IMG/VR virus record: IMGVR_UViG_3300028394_000043
Origin: a virus
Lineage: Duplodnaviria > Heunggongvirae > Uroviricota > Caudoviricetes
Direction: 5' to 3' (one strand)
DNA: 64,000 bases
The position numbers and the translations under genes are program-made. This document shows positions 39,304 to 50,900 of the stretch, piece by piece; the stretch's first letter is position 1, and every line of letters starts with the position of its first letter. The notes beneath the pieces are model-generated. The model made no database searches, was not told the origin of the DNA, and worked only from the letters and a program-made list of their open reading frames with translations.

Positions 39304-39756
39304 ATGAAAGACCAAGATTCGGTAAAATTAGAATTCTTAATGATGGTAAACGATAACATCATTGTACAGAGATTTTTTAACGTAAGAGAGTTCAACAATG
39401 AGGGTAAAAACTCAGTAGAACTTTATGACTTACTTCGTGAATTTAAAGACGACATTCAAACACAATTGTCGTTGAAAACCGTAACATATATGACGGATAA
39501 TATGTATGAAATCGTTAACAATCCAGCTATTTTGGAAACGTCTTATACTGACGGTCCGGAGTACTTTAACATCTTTATCAAACAAAATGATGTGACAATT
39601 TGTCATAGACAGGTGGACGCTAAAGTATACCCTCCAAAGATAAGATATACCGTGGATGTACGCCCACACCTAAAAAACTTGTTGATGAACTTGACTGACA
39701 TCTTTTCATCTAAAAATTTAACAAAAAAATATCTGGATGTTACCTTAAGTGTGTAG
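39304..39756 (+). CDS. Hypothetical protein in the replication/recombination cassette
   Basis: 150-aa ORF between the exonuclease and helicase genes. No family recognised. Confidence 0.8.
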   Translation: MKDQDSVKLEFLMMVNDNIIVQRFFNVREFNNEGKNSVELYDLLREFKDDIQTQLSLKTVTYMTDNMYEIVNNPAILETSYTDGPEYFNIFIKQNDVTICHRQVDAKVYPPKIRYTVDVRPHLKNLLMNLTDIFSSKNLTKKYLDVTLSV

Positions 39757-39763
39757 TATTTAT
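39757..39763 (+). promoter_or_regulatory. TATTTAT motif upstream of the helicase gene
   Basis: 23 nt upstream of the ATG at 39787. Confidence 0.45.
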
Positions 39764-39786
39764 TATTACACTAAAAGAAAAAATAT

Positions 39787-41169
39787 ATGGCGTCAAACAA
39801 AAATTTCGAGTATTTGGGGAGTACCTTCCAAATACAATTATTAAACCAAATCATAATTGATAAAGACTTTTCAAGGTCTATTATAGATGTGATTGAAACA
39901 AGTTATTTTGAGAATAAATACTTCAAATTAATTATTCAAATGATTAAAGAGTATTATACAAAATACGAACACACACCAACCTTTGACACATTAGAACAAA
40001 TTACAAAATCTGAGATACAACAACCTCTAGCGGCAAAAATCATTATTGATACCCTTACAAAAGTTAAGGAATCAACACTTGAAGGGGCTGAATTTGTACA
40101 AGAAAAATCAATGAAGTTCTGTAAACAACAGGAGTTACAGAAAGTAATGGTTAAAGCTCAAAAAATCATTGATACCGGTGAATTTGAGAGTTATGATACA
40201 TTAGAGGAAATGGTTAGTAAGGCATTACAAGTTGGAGAACACGATAAGGGAACGGAAAGTGTTTTCAGTAACTTAGATGATGTTCTAAACGAAGATTATC
40301 GTCATCCAATACCTATGGGTATTCCGGGTATAGATAGACTCTTAAAAGGAGGGTTGGCAAAAGGTGAAATCGGTGTTATTTTAGCACCAACAGGTGTAGG
40401 TAAATCTACTTTACTTACAAAAATCTCAAATCACGCATTTAATTTGGGATATAATGTTTTACAAATATTCTTTGAGGATAACCCAAAGATTATTCAACGT
40501 AAACACATTACATTATGGACAAAAATCCACCCGGATGATTTGTCTTTAAGAAAAGATGAGGTAATGGTTAAAGTTCAAGAAATTAAGGAGAAAATGCCTA
40601 ATGAATTGATACTTAAAAAACTTCCATCTGATACTGTAACAATGATGCAGATTAAGAACCAAATCAGAAAAATGATTTCGGAAGGAATCAAAGTTGATAT
40701 GGTATTATTGGACTACATTGATTGTGTGGTTCCGGATAAAAACTTGGGGGATGAATGGAAGTCTGAAGGGTCTGTGATGAGAGGTTTTGAATCTATGTGT
40801 CACGAACTTGATTTAGTAGGATGGACAGCAACTCAGGGTAATAGAAGTTCAATATCTTCGGATGTTGTGACAACTGACCAAATGGGTGGGTCTATCAAAA
40901 AAGCTCAGGTTGGACACGTAATTATTTCCGTAGCTAAATCTCTACAACAAAAAGAAATGAAACTAGCAACTATTGCAATTACTAAATCACGTATTGGTGA
41001 TGATGGAGTTGTATTTGAGAATTGTAAATTTGATAACGGTATGTTGGAGATTGATACAGAGAGTTCAGTAACATTCTTAGGGTTAGAAGAACAAACTGAA
41101 GAAAGAAACAGACAAAGAATAAAAGATTTGTTAGACAAAAGAAAACAAAAAGAACAAACACAAAATTAA
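39787..41169 (+). CDS. dnaB: Replicative DnaB-family helicase (gp41-like)
   Basis: [19 protein letters not shown], Walker [24 protein letters not shown] and IKKAQVG. Confidence 0.95.
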   Translation: MASNKNFEYLGSTFQIQLLNQIIIDKDFSRSIIDVIETSYFENKYFKLIIQMIKEYYTKYEHTPTFDTLEQITKSEIQQPLAAKIIIDTLTKVKESTLEGAEFVQEKSMKFCKQQELQKVMVKAQKIIDTGEFESYDTLEEMVSKALQVGEHDKGTESVFSNLDDVLNEDYRHPIPMGIPGIDRLLKGGLAKGEIGVILAPTGVGKSTLLTKISNHAFNLGYNVLQIFFEDNPKIIQRKHITLWTKIHPDDLSLRKDEVMVKVQEIKEKMPNELILKKLPSDTVTMMQIKNQIRKMISEGIKVDMVLLDYIDCVVPDKNLGDEWKSEGSVMRGFESMCHELDLVGWTATQGNRSSISSDVVTTDQMGGSIKKAQVGHVIISVAKSLQQKEMKLATIAITKSRIGDDGVVFENCKFDNGMLEIDTESSVTFLGLEEQTEERNRQRIKDLLDKRKQKEQTQN

Positions 41170-41176
41170 TTTAAAA

Positions 41177-42127
41177 ATGAAAGAAAAAATATTAGAACCA
41201 AATAATGATAGATTTGTTATCTTCCCAATTGAACATAATGATATATGGGAATATTACAAACAACATCAAGCGGCTTTTTGGACGGCAGAAGAAGTTGATT
41301 TATCTAACGATATTAGAGATTGGGAAAACCTATCTGATAATGAGAGATATTTCCTTAAAAATATATTAGCATTCTTTGCAGCATCTGATGGTATTGTAAA
41401 TGAAAACTTAGCTGAGAATTTCTTAAAAGAGGTTCAATATGCTGAAGCAAAATTTTTCTACGGATTCCAAATTATGATGGAGAACATTCACTCGTTAATG
41501 TATTCATTGTTGATTGATACTTACGTATCTGATGAAACAGAGAAAGACGAATGTTTTCACGCAATTGATAGATTACCGGCAGTTCAAAAGAAAGCTAAAT
41601 GGGCTCTTGATTGGATTGAGAACGCTTCTTTTCAAGAAAGATTAGTGGCATTTGCGGCGGTTGAAGGTATCTTCTTCTCAGGTTCATTCTGTTCAATATT
41701 TTGGATGAAATCAAGAGGAATTATGCAAGGATTATGTAATGCTAACAGTCTTATCTTCAAAGATGAGAATTTACACTGTGATTTTGCAATCCATTTGATT
41801 AACAATCACGTTGAGAACAAACCAACAGAAAAAAGAATTAAAGAAATCTTACTATCTGCATTAGAAATTGAAAAAGAATTTATCACAGAATCATTACCAG
41901 TGTCTTTAATTGGTATGAACTCAAACTTGATGAAACAATATCTTGAATTTGTAACTGACGGATTACTAATTAAGTTTGGTTGTAAGAAACACTTTAATGT
42001 GGAACAACCATTCAAATTTATGGAACAAATTGCTGTTGAAACAAAAGGTAACTTCTTTGAATCAAGAACTATGGAGTATCAGAAAGCAAAATTAGGTGAG
42101 TCATTAACATTTACAGAGGATTTTTAA
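41177..42127 (+). CDS. nrdB: Class Ia ribonucleotide reductase beta subunit
   Basis: [30 protein letters not shown] (metal ligands plus radical Tyr), [10 protein letters not shown] and DENLH. Confidence 0.98.
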   Translation: MKEKILEPNNDRFVIFPIEHNDIWEYYKQHQAAFWTAEEVDLSNDIRDWENLSDNERYFLKNILAFFAASDGIVNENLAENFLKEVQYAEAKFFYGFQIMMENIHSLMYSLLIDTYVSDETEKDECFHAIDRLPAVQKKAKWALDWIENASFQERLVAFAAVEGIFFSGSFCSIFWMKSRGIMQGLCNANSLIFKDENLHCDFAIHLINNHVENKPTEKRIKEILLSALEIEKEFITESLPVSLIGMNSNLMKQYLEFVTDGLLIKFGCKKHFNVEQPFKFMEQIAVETKGNFFESRTMEYQKAKLGESLTFTEDF

Positions 42128-42128
42128 T

Positions 42129-44543
42129 ATGATGTCATTAAAGATAAAAAAAAGAGGGGGAGACGAAGTATCGTTTAACCCCCAAAAAATATACAGTAGA
42201 GTAAAGAGAGCGGCTAAAGGGTTGAACGTTAACGCTGATGAGGTATTCATCAAGGTAATTACTTCGGTACCAACTGAGGGAGTTATTACAACTAAAGAGT
42301 TGGATAAATTAGTTTATGAGATTGCAGCGGCATATACCGGAAGTCATCACGATTACTCAAGATTAGCCTCATCTGTGGCTATTTCGGCATATCATAAAGA
42401 GACTGATGATAGTTTCTGTAACACAATGCACACATTACACGTTGATGGTATTATTAACGATAAGTTAATGGAGACTATTGAACTATATGGTCCTGAAAAT
42501 ATTGATTCTGTAATTAATCACGAGAATGATTATAATTTTGATTATTTTGCGTGGAAATCGTTATCAGAAATGTATTTGTTAAAAACTCCGGAAGGTAAAG
42601 TAATTGAAAGACCTCAACATATGTATATGAGAGTGGCTTTATGGGTGACTAAGTCATTTGAAGAGGCGGTTGAATACTATAATTCATTATCAAATCAACT
42701 TATCTCTCCGGCGACACCAATTATGATTAATGCCGGGACAAGAACACCTCAATTAGCTTCTTGTGTATTGAAATACAATAATGGGGATTCAAGAGAAGGT
42801 CTATTACAGACATTCAACGACATCTCAACTTATTCATCTGACGCTGCAGGTATTGGATTATGTATGTCTAACATTCGTAGTAAAGAAAGTCGTATTAACT
42901 CATCAGGAGGATTTGCGGGTGGTTTATTGAAATACCTAAAGATTGTTAATGAAGGATTAAGATTCTTTAATCAACAAGGAAGAAGACCGGGTAGTGCGGC
43001 TATCTACATTGAACCTTGGCATAAAGACATTATTGACTTACTTGAAATTAAAAAGAATACAGGTGCTGAGGAATTGAGAGCTAAAGATTTATTCACCTCA
43101 ATTTGGTTACCGGACAACTTTATGAATGCGGTTAAGAACAATGATGATTGGTATTTATTTTGTCCCAACGATATTATTAAGGCGGGTATCAAACCATTAC
43201 AAGAAGCTTACGGTGATGAGTATGAATCAAACTACAACAAAGCGGTTGAACTTGGTTTAGGTAAAAAAGTTTCTGCTCAAACAATTTGGAATAAAATTAT
43301 TGAATCTCAAGTTGAGACAGGGGTTCCTTATTTATGTTCTAAAGATAGTGCTAACAGAAAGACTAATCATCAAAACATTGGGGTGATTAAACAATCTAAC
43401 CTATGTAATGAGATTTACCAATATACTGATGAGAACACCACAGCAATCTGTACGTTATCGTCTATGGTGTTGAAAAACTTTATTATTAAAGGAGAGTTTG
43501 ACTTCAAATTACTATATAGTGAAGTTAGAAAGGTCGTTAGAGCACTTAACAAAGTTGTTGATATTAATAGTTATTCAACGGAACAAGGTAGAAAAGGTGG
43601 GTTAGAACAAAGAACAATCGCTATTGGAACTCAAGGTCTTGCTGACGTATTCTTCTTAATGGATTATATCTTCACATCTGAAGAGGCGAAAAAACTTAAT
43701 AAAGATATTTTTGAAACTATCTACTTTGCGGCAATCACCGAGAGTATGGAATTATGTAAATCAGGTGAGTACAAACCATATGATTTTTTTGAAGGGTCAC
43801 CTATGTCAAAAGGTATATTCCAATTTGATATGTGGGGATTAGATTACGAAGGATTAGGTAGAATGTGGGATTGGGACTCACTTAAGTTAGAAGTGTCCAA
43901 TCACGGGGTTTGCAACTCATTATTCACGGCTCAGATGCCAGTTGCGTCTTCAGCTAAGATTACAGGGTCATTTGAAATGACAGAACCGGCTCATTCGGCA
44001 TTATTTAATCGTCGTGTAGTTGGTGGTGAAATTTTAATTGTTAACAAATACTTAATTAACGATTTTGAAAAGTTAGGCCTTTGGGGTGAGGATTTGAAAA
44101 ATGAAATTATAATGAATGAAGGTTCTATTTTGAACATTAATTTTAATAATTATTTAGATACCGAAGACAAAAATTACAATAAAAAAGTTAAAAGAATTGA
44201 ACATTTAATTCTAAAATATAAAACAATTTGGGAAATATCTCAAAGAGAACTTATTGATATGGCTGCAGACAGAGCACCTTTTATTGACCAATCACAATCA
44301 ATGAATATTTATATGTCTAATCCAACATTATCAAAGATATCTTCATCACACTTCCATTCTTGGGGTAAAGGATTGAAAACTCTTTGTTATTATGTTAGAA
44401 CAAAGGCAATATCAACCGGAGCTAAACACTTGGCGGTGGACATTTCAAAAGTGGGTCAACCAAAACAAATTGAGAAACCAACTGTTGAACTAACTTCAAA
44501 ACCAACAGATACGGAATTTGAATGTTTCGGATGTGGTTCTTAA
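42129..44543 (+). CDS. nrdA: Class Ia ribonucleotide reductase alpha subunit with ATP cone
   Basis: N-terminal IKKRGG ATP cone, SPATP, SCVL, NLCNEI, MPVASSA and a C-terminal CFGCGS. Confidence 0.98.
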   Translation: MMSLKIKKRGGDEVSFNPQKIYSRVKRAAKGLNVNADEVFIKVITSVPTEGVITTKELDKLVYEIAAAYTGSHHDYSRLASSVAISAYHKETDDSFCNTMHTLHVDGIINDKLMETIELYGPENIDSVINHENDYNFDYFAWKSLSEMYLLKTPEGKVIERPQHMYMRVALWVTKSFEEAVEYYNSLSNQLISPATPIMINAGTRTPQLASCVLKYNNGDSREGLLQTFNDISTYSSDAAGIGLCMSNIRSKESRINSSGGFAGGLLKYLKIVNEGLRFFNQQGRRPGSAAIYIEPWHKDIIDLLEIKKNTGAEELRAKDLFTSIWLPDNFMNAVKNNDDWYLFCPNDIIKAGIKPLQEAYGDEYESNYNKAVELGLGKKVSAQTIWNKIIESQVETGVPYLCSKDSANRKTNHQNIGVIKQSNLCNEIYQYTDENTTAICTLSSMVLKNFIIKGEFDFKLLYSEVRKVVRALNKVVDINSYSTEQGRKGGLEQRTIAIGTQGLADVFFLMDYIFTSEEAKKLNKDIFETIYFAAITESMELCKSGEYKPYDFFEGSPMSKGIFQFDMWGLDYEGLGRMWDWDSLKLEVSNHGVCNSLFTAQMPVASSAKITGSFEMTEPAHSALFNRRVVGGEILIVNKYLINDFEKLGLWGEDLKNEIIMNEGSILNINFNNYLDTEDKNYNKKVKRIEHLILKYKTIWEISQRELIDMAADRAPFIDQSQSMNIYMSNPTLSKISSSHFHSWGKGLKTLCYYVRTKAISTGAKHLAVDISKVGQPKQIEKPTVELTSKPTDTEFECFGCGS

Positions 44544-44552
44544 TCAAAATAT

Positions 44553-44579
44553 AAATCACGACTTCGGTCGTGATTTTTT
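44553..44579 (+). terminator. Intrinsic terminator with C(UUCG)G tetraloop
   Basis: AAATCACGAC-TTCG-GTCGTGATTT plus a T run. Confidence 0.93.
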
Positions 44580-44588
44580 ATTTTACTC

Positions 44589-44623
44589 TATTTATAAGAA
44601 ATAATTACGACACTATATTTATA
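44589..44623 (+). promoter_or_regulatory. Two TATTTATA motifs (44589-44596, 44616-44623) restarting late transcription
   Basis: Both lie between the nrdA terminator and the gp25 ATG at 44627. Confidence 0.65.
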
Positions 44624-44626
44624 GTT

Positions 44627-45082
44627 ATGGCAGATGGTAGAACATATGGGATTAATTTTCCTTTTAATGATTCTCGTGAGGGAAAATATTTGAGTCTTTC
44701 AAGTACGGCTACTCAAGAGATTAGAACTGATTTAATACACCTTTTATTAACTAGAAAAGGTACAAGATATTATATGCCAAATTTTGGGACAAGATTATAT
44801 GAGTTTATTTTTGAACCAATGGATGGTCCAACATTTTCTGAGATTGAGGCGGAAATAAGGGCTTCGGTTGAAGAATATATACCAAACATTACAATAACAA
44901 ATATAAATGTAACGGATGCTTCTGATGGTGAAGAAGATAAAGGTACCTATATTGATGGTGATGAACGAATTTATAGAGTACCCGGAATCGGACTTAAAGA
45001 ACATACCGCAAAGGTTAAAATAGAATATACGATTACTGACGACGTATTCAACGCTAGTGATTTTGTAATAATTAATATTTAA
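44627..45082 (+). CDS. gp25: Baseplate wedge protein gp25-like
   Basis: GINFPF, IRTDLIHLLLTRKGTRYYMPNFGTRLYEFIFEP. The start is moved to the ATG at 44627 because 44570 lies within the terminator. Confidence 0.92.
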   Translation: MADGRTYGINFPFNDSREGKYLSLSSTATQEIRTDLIHLLLTRKGTRYYMPNFGTRLYEFIFEPMDGPTFSEIEAEIRASVEEYIPNITITNINVTDASDGEEDKGTYIDGDERIYRVPGIGLKEHTAKVKIEYTITDDVFNASDFVIINI

Positions 45083-45086
45083 TAAT

Positions 45087-46925
45087 ATGGCAAACAAGAA
45101 AATATCGTATACTACGAGAGACTTCCAATCAATCAGAACTGAGTTAATAAACTTCACTAGAACTTATTACCCTGAGTTAATTGATAACTTTAATGATGCT
45201 GGAGTATTTTCAGTATTATTAGACCTAAACGCGGCTGTTACGGATAACATACAATTTAATATTGATAGAAGTATTCAAGAAACGGTATTACAATATGCTC
45301 AACAAAGGTCATCAATCTTTAATATTGCAAGAACATATGGATTAAAAGTTCCGGGACAAAGACCGTCTGTTGCTTTAGTTGATTTTGCTATTACAGTTCC
45401 GGCGTATGGGGATAAAGAAGATTTAAGATATTGTGGGATTTTACGTAGAGGTTCACAAGTGAGTGGTGCCGGTCAGGTATTTGAAACAGTTTATGATATT
45501 GACTTTTCATCTCCAATTGGAGCTGAAGGGTACCCTAATAGATTAAAAATACCAAATTTTGATGGTAATAATACATTAATTAATTATACCATAATTAAAA
45601 GAGAAACTGTTGTTAATGGTATTACTAAAGTTTTTAAGAAAGTTATTACGGCTAATGATGTTAGACCATTTTTAGAGGTTTTCTTACCTGAAAAAAATGT
45701 TTTAGGGGTAACTAGTGTTTTACTTAAAGATAGTACTCAATATTCAAATGTGCCGCCCGTCCAAGAATTTTTAGGTGTTGATAATAGATGGTATGAGGTG
45801 AATGCTTTGGCTGATAATAGAGTTTTTATTGAGGACCCAACTAAAGTTTCTGACCAACCCGGAATTAAAGTGGGTAAATATATTGAGACAAGTGATAAAT
45901 TTATAACAGAATTTACACCGGAAGGTTTCTTAAAAATGACTTTTGGTGGTGGAAATCAATCCTCTGATGAACAGTTAAGAGAGTTTGCCCGAGATGGTTA
46001 TAATTTGAATTTGTATAAGTATTCTAATAACTTAGCGTTAGGAAGTACATTAAAGGGTAATTCAACATTATTTATACAATATAGAATTGGTGGTGGTACC
46101 GGAAGTAATTTAGGTGTTAATGCAATTACTCAAATTGGTACCGTTTCATTCTTTGTTAATGGACCAAGTCAATCTCAAAACACAAGTACAATTAACTCTT
46201 TATCGTGTACTAACGTAACTGCGGCTATTGGTGGGGCTAACTACCCAACAACAGAGGAAGTAAGAAATTTAGTGGCGTTTAACTTTTCGGCACAACAAAG
46301 AGCGGTAACTATTAATGATTATGATTCAATTATTAGAACAATGCCATCACAATTTGGTGCACCCGCTAAAGTGGCAATAACAGAAGAAAACAATAAGATA
46401 AAAGTTCAGATGTTATCTTATGATGAAAATGGTAAATTAACTAATGTTGTTTCTAATACTTTAAAAAATAACGTAGCAAATTATCTATCGAATTATAGAA
46501 TGATTAATGATTATGTTTCTATTGAAACTGCGAGTGTTATTGATTTAGGGGTTAATGTTGATGTTGTGTTAGATAATAGTCAAAATCAAGGGGTTGTTAT
46601 ATCTCAAATAATAAACCTTATTAATGACTTTTTTGCTCCAACTAATAGACAAATGGGTGAGAATGTTAACGTATCAGATTTAAGAAGATTAATTCAAAGT
46701 GAGAATGGTGTAATATCATTATCTGACATATTGTTCTTTAATAAAGTTGGTGGTGAGTATTCATCATCTCAAACATCACAAAGATATTCTGATAGTGCAA
46801 CTAAACAAATTGGGTTAGTTGATGATACTATCTTTGCGGAACCAAGCCAAGTCTACCAAATTAGATACGCTAGTAAAGATATTAATATTAGAGTTAAAAA
46901 TTTAAAAACTGTAAATTTCTCGTAA
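45087..46925 (+). CDS. gp6: Baseplate wedge protein gp6-like (baseplate J-type)
   Basis: YTTRDFQSIRTEL, AQQRSSIFNIARTYG, YRIGGGTGSN, AAIGGA and RAVTINDY. Confidence 0.9.
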   Translation: MANKKISYTTRDFQSIRTELINFTRTYYPELIDNFNDAGVFSVLLDLNAAVTDNIQFNIDRSIQETVLQYAQQRSSIFNIARTYGLKVPGQRPSVALVDFAITVPAYGDKEDLRYCGILRRGSQVSGAGQVFETVYDIDFSSPIGAEGYPNRLKIPNFDGNNTLINYTIIKRETVVNGITKVFKKVITANDVRPFLEVFLPEKNVLGVTSVLLKDSTQYSNVPPVQEFLGVDNRWYEVNALADNRVFIEDPTKVSDQPGIKVGKYIETSDKFITEFTPEGFLKMTFGGGNQSSDEQLREFARDGYNLNLYKYSNNLALGSTLKGNSTLFIQYRIGGGTGSNLGVNAITQIGTVSFFVNGPSQSQNTSTINSLSCTNVTAAIGGANYPTTEEVRNLVAFNFSAQQRAVTINDYDSIIRTMPSQFGAPAKVAITEENNKIKVQMLSYDENGKLTNVVSNTLKNNVANYLSNYRMINDYVSIETASVIDLGVNVDVVLDNSQNQGVVISQIINLINDFFAPTNRQMGENVNVSDLRRLIQSENGVISLSDILFFNKVGGEYSSSQTSQRYSDSATKQIGLVDDTIFAEPSQVYQIRYASKDINIRVKNLKTVNFS

Positions 46926-46963
46926 TTATTTATTTTAAGTAAAAATGTGTTACGATTATTTTT

Positions 46964-47905
46964 ATGGAATATATTACACAATTTTTGGAATTTATAGAAG
47001 ATGGTTTTTCAATATTATCTTTAGATACTTTGAAAGGTGAACACGGTACTTGGGCTCAATCACTTTTTTTTGGGTTTGTCTTAAACATTAGATTAATATT
47101 TAGTTTAATTACTTTAATCTATTTTAGAAATCTGTTAATAACTGATAAACGAAAAATTATATATTTTTTTACCGGTTTATTTTTTATTTTTACAATGTCC
47201 GAAATTGGTGTAATTATAAAACGAAGACAATTTGAAGCATCTAAATATGAATTAAGTTATTACACTGAAAATACTGATAATTTGGTTATTATTATGGAAG
47301 GGGCTAATTGGCCAGTAACTGATTATATTCCAAATAATAAAACTCAAATTGACGTAACAAGAAGTCGAGATATAGATGCTTTAGGTGGTGTGGAAAAAAA
47401 GTTAACAACTAAAAATACAACAGTTTTAACCTATGTTGGTTCTCATAGTTTTAATTTATCACCTCAAGAAGTTTATACGACGGTAAAATATTTTAGAATG
47501 TTCAGACCAAATGGAAAGGTTATTTTAGTTGGACATAGTCTTGGAGGTTATAATGTTACTCAAGTTTTAGATAAATTATATTTAGAAAAGAAAACTGTTG
47601 ATTTAGTAATATTTTTAGACTCAGCTAATAAAAAATACAATAATTATGACTATGTTGTTAAAGATAATGTAAAATATGCAATAAATTTTACATCAGACAA
47701 ATGGTCTGATAACTATTATTTTTTCACAAATTCAGGTGGTAAAATATCTACTGAGGTAAAAAATAAAAAAACAGAGTATGTAAATATTCATATCCCTAAT
47801 GTGACTCATACCTCAATAGATAACGTAATGGCAAATAAAGTGTTTAGTATAATTTCAAATTATCTATCTAACGACCAAAACCCGGTCAAACTATTAAAGA
47901 AATAA
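46964..47905 (+). CDS. Membrane-anchored alpha/beta hydrolase (lipase/thioesterase-like)
   Basis: Two N-terminal hydrophobic helices, a nucleophile elbow VILVGHSLGG, VIFLDSA and a C-terminal His in VTHTSID. Confidence 0.75.
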   Translation: MEYITQFLEFIEDGFSILSLDTLKGEHGTWAQSLFFGFVLNIRLIFSLITLIYFRNLLITDKRKIIYFFTGLFFIFTMSEIGVIIKRRQFEASKYELSYYTENTDNLVIIMEGANWPVTDYIPNNKTQIDVTRSRDIDALGGVEKKLTTKNTTVLTYVGSHSFNLSPQEVYTTVKYFRMFRPNGKVILVGHSLGGYNVTQVLDKLYLEKKTVDLVIFLDSANKKYNNYDYVVKDNVKYAINFTSDKWSDNYYFFTNSGGKISTEVKNKKTEYVNIHIPNVTHTSIDNVMANKVFSIISNYLSNDQNPVKLLKK

Positions 47906-47965
47906 CTTTTTAATAGAATTTATTTTAAAATAACTTCAATTATCTTTTGAAAATAGTATATAAAC

Positions 47966-47972
47966 TATTTAT
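47966..47972 (+). promoter_or_regulatory. TATTTAT late-promoter-like motif
   Basis: 14 nt upstream of the ATG at 47987. Confidence 0.55.
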
Positions 47973-47986
47973 CAAAAAAGAATATT

Positions 47987-50900
47987 ATGCCAAATTCATA
48001 TAGAATAAGAACGGACTTAGGTATTAACAAGTCAATAAACGTAAGTATAGACCAAGAATTTGAGTATCTTGAGATATTATCTCTGAAAGTTTTACAGAGT
48101 GAGATATACACAAGAGTGTGCTCAGATTATGGTGTTATTATTGGGCGTGTTAGTGTTAATAATGGGTTTGGGTTACCAAACGCTAAAGTATCAGTATTTA
48201 TTCCATTAACAGAAGAAGATGGTCTTAATTCTGTCATTTCTGAGATATATCCATATCAATCAATTAGTGATGTTAATGAAGACGGGTATAGATATAATTT
48301 ATTACCTTACGAACCATCTTATAGTAATCACGTACCTACAGGTACTTTTTTTAACAGAACCGATGTTTTAACAAATCCGACACTTATTCAAGTTTATGAC
48401 AAATATTTTAAATATAATGCGGTAACTAACGATAGTGGGGATTTTATGATTTTTGGGGTACCGGTTGGTACTCATACCATTTCTATTGATATTGACTTAT
48501 CTGATATAGGTGAATTTTCTTTATCACCTCAAGATTTAATAAGAATGGGTATTGCGACTCAAGCTCAAGTTAACGGTACTAAATTTAAGAAATCAACTAA
48601 TTTACGAGAATTACCACAAATTATTAATTTAGTAAGAACTGTTGTTGTTGAACCATTATGGGGTCAATCTGAGGTTTGTAATTTAGGTATTTGTAGAAGT
48701 GATTTTGATTTAAGTAACGAATCTAATATTAATATAAATCCAACCTCAATTTTTATGGGGTCTCTTGTTTCTAATATTGATGGTGCTACTGTAAGAACAT
48801 CTTGTAATTCTAAATGGAAACTCGGGGGATTATGTAATTTAACGGTAAGTCCCGGTGAAATATTGGCGATTAGACAGACTATTAAGGAAGACCCTATGGG
48901 TAGACCTACTTTAGAGTTATTTGACTTAGAAATGGGTGGTGTAGTTATTGATGATAATGGAGCTTGGTTATTGGATGTACCAATGAATTTAGATTATTTA
49001 ATAACTAATGAATTTGGTGAACAAGTTATATCAGACGACCCAAATAAAGGTATTCCAACTAAAGGAAAATATAGGTTTAAAGTTAAATGGGCTCAATCTC
49101 CGTCATTAGGTGAATCAATTAGACGTGGATATTATCTGGTTCCAAATATTAAAGAATATGGTTGGAATTCAACGGGTAATGACCCAACTAAAAATAATGG
49201 TATTGGTACTCAATACGCATTTAAGTCGTACGCATTTAGTTTAGATTGGGATGATTATGGTGATACAACCCCTATGGGTCAGCATATGATTCAAGAGGCG
49301 ATTAATTGTGAGGATAAATTTTATTTAATGCAATATAATAAAGTTTATACTGTATCCCAAATGATTGATAAATTTAGAGGGGGTTTGTTCCCTGATAATT
49401 TTGTTGGTATTAAAGCCATATCTCAAGACGATTGTAATACGGAAAATAATAAATTCCCAACAAATGATGCTAATTTTAGATTTGATATTATTTACACGTT
49501 ATTTAATTTATTATCGGTAGTTATTAGGTCAGTTGTTTGGATTATAATAATTATACTTCACGTATTATATACAGCGGTTTATATATTATGGTTCTATCTT
49601 TTATATATGGCGGCATCTTATGCCGTTTCAGCGGTTCTTGAAGTAATTAATGCGTTTGGTACTTATCCTCCAAATTTAGCGATGTTAGGAAGTGCTGCCA
49701 AATATGCGGCTATTTCCGCAGCATTATTTATTGTTGCAAATCAGTGGAAAAAGAAAGTTGTTGACCAATGTACTCCAATGCAATTACCTTTAATATTATA
49801 CCCAGATTGTTCTATGTGTGATTGTAGTCTTCAACAAGGAGGTGTTGATGGTAGTGCGGTTACTGCAGATGTTACAGCAGATGTTGGTGTTGAGGATGAA
49901 AGTCAAGAACATAATGGTAATTGTGTTGGGACAGGTTATGTTCAATTGGTTAAATTATCAAAAGGTGAGACATATGATAAAACTTTAATTGGTGGTAGTG
50001 ATGATTATTATATTCAAACAGTTGCTTTATTAACAGGGGACGTGATTCCACCTCAGACCAATCCAAAACAAGTACAAAATGATGTTAGAATAAATGCTCC
50101 TCAATTTTTTCAATACGGGTCAAACCCTTATAATAATTTTACAACAAGTTTAACTTTTTCTGAAAGAATGAATTTGTTTAATACTAAAGCAAAATATTTT
50201 GATGAATCAATTCCGGGATTTCCTAATCCGGGAGGTGGTGTTAATAGAGTAAAAGTTAATTTTAATCCAAATAATACTAACCATCACTTTGATAATGTTG
50301 TTGCGGTTTTATGTTCTAAACAATCATTAAATAGACTTTTACCCGGTACTTTAATTACTTTCCAAAACCCTAAATTAACAGGTGATACAAGAGCATCTGC
50401 GGATATAAATGTTGATATGTATTTGTCAAATGTTAATGCTGTTCAAAATCAATTTCAAAATTTTGCAATTACAGGTACAACATTACCATTAACTTCAATT
50501 ACCCTTAATTACGCACATATTAGTGGGTCGGGGAATACTACAACAAATTATACAGGTTTAAACATTACTGCGTCAACAGACTATCATAAATTCCCTATTG
50601 ATATAGAGTATTTCCAAGTATTAACAGGTATGACCTATAGTGCATATACCAATCAATGTGTGACACAATTACCGAATTCGTTTAATGCGAGATATCTCTC
50701 TAATAAAATTCGTATTAATCATCTTCAGGCTAATGGGTGTAATTATCCTTCATCAAATCCTGAGGCTCCGTTATATATAAATCCTATAAGTAAGATTAAA
50801 AATTATAATGATTTAGTTGTTGTATTTTTAGTTAGGGGTGTTGACCCATATTCACCTAAGGTAAATGTTAAATATGGTTTGGGTAGGTTATTTGGTCATA

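Noticed and set aside
5266-44543. Inteins, group I introns or homing endonucleases in polB, recA, dnaB, nrdA and nrdB
   Set aside because: All are uninterrupted and of ordinary length, with no splice-junction or LAGLIDADG/HNH/GIY-YIG motifs seen.
44570-44626. Track start of the gp25 ORF at 44570
   Set aside because: It lies inside the nrdA terminator stem and upstream of the late motifs. The ATG at 44627 fits better.
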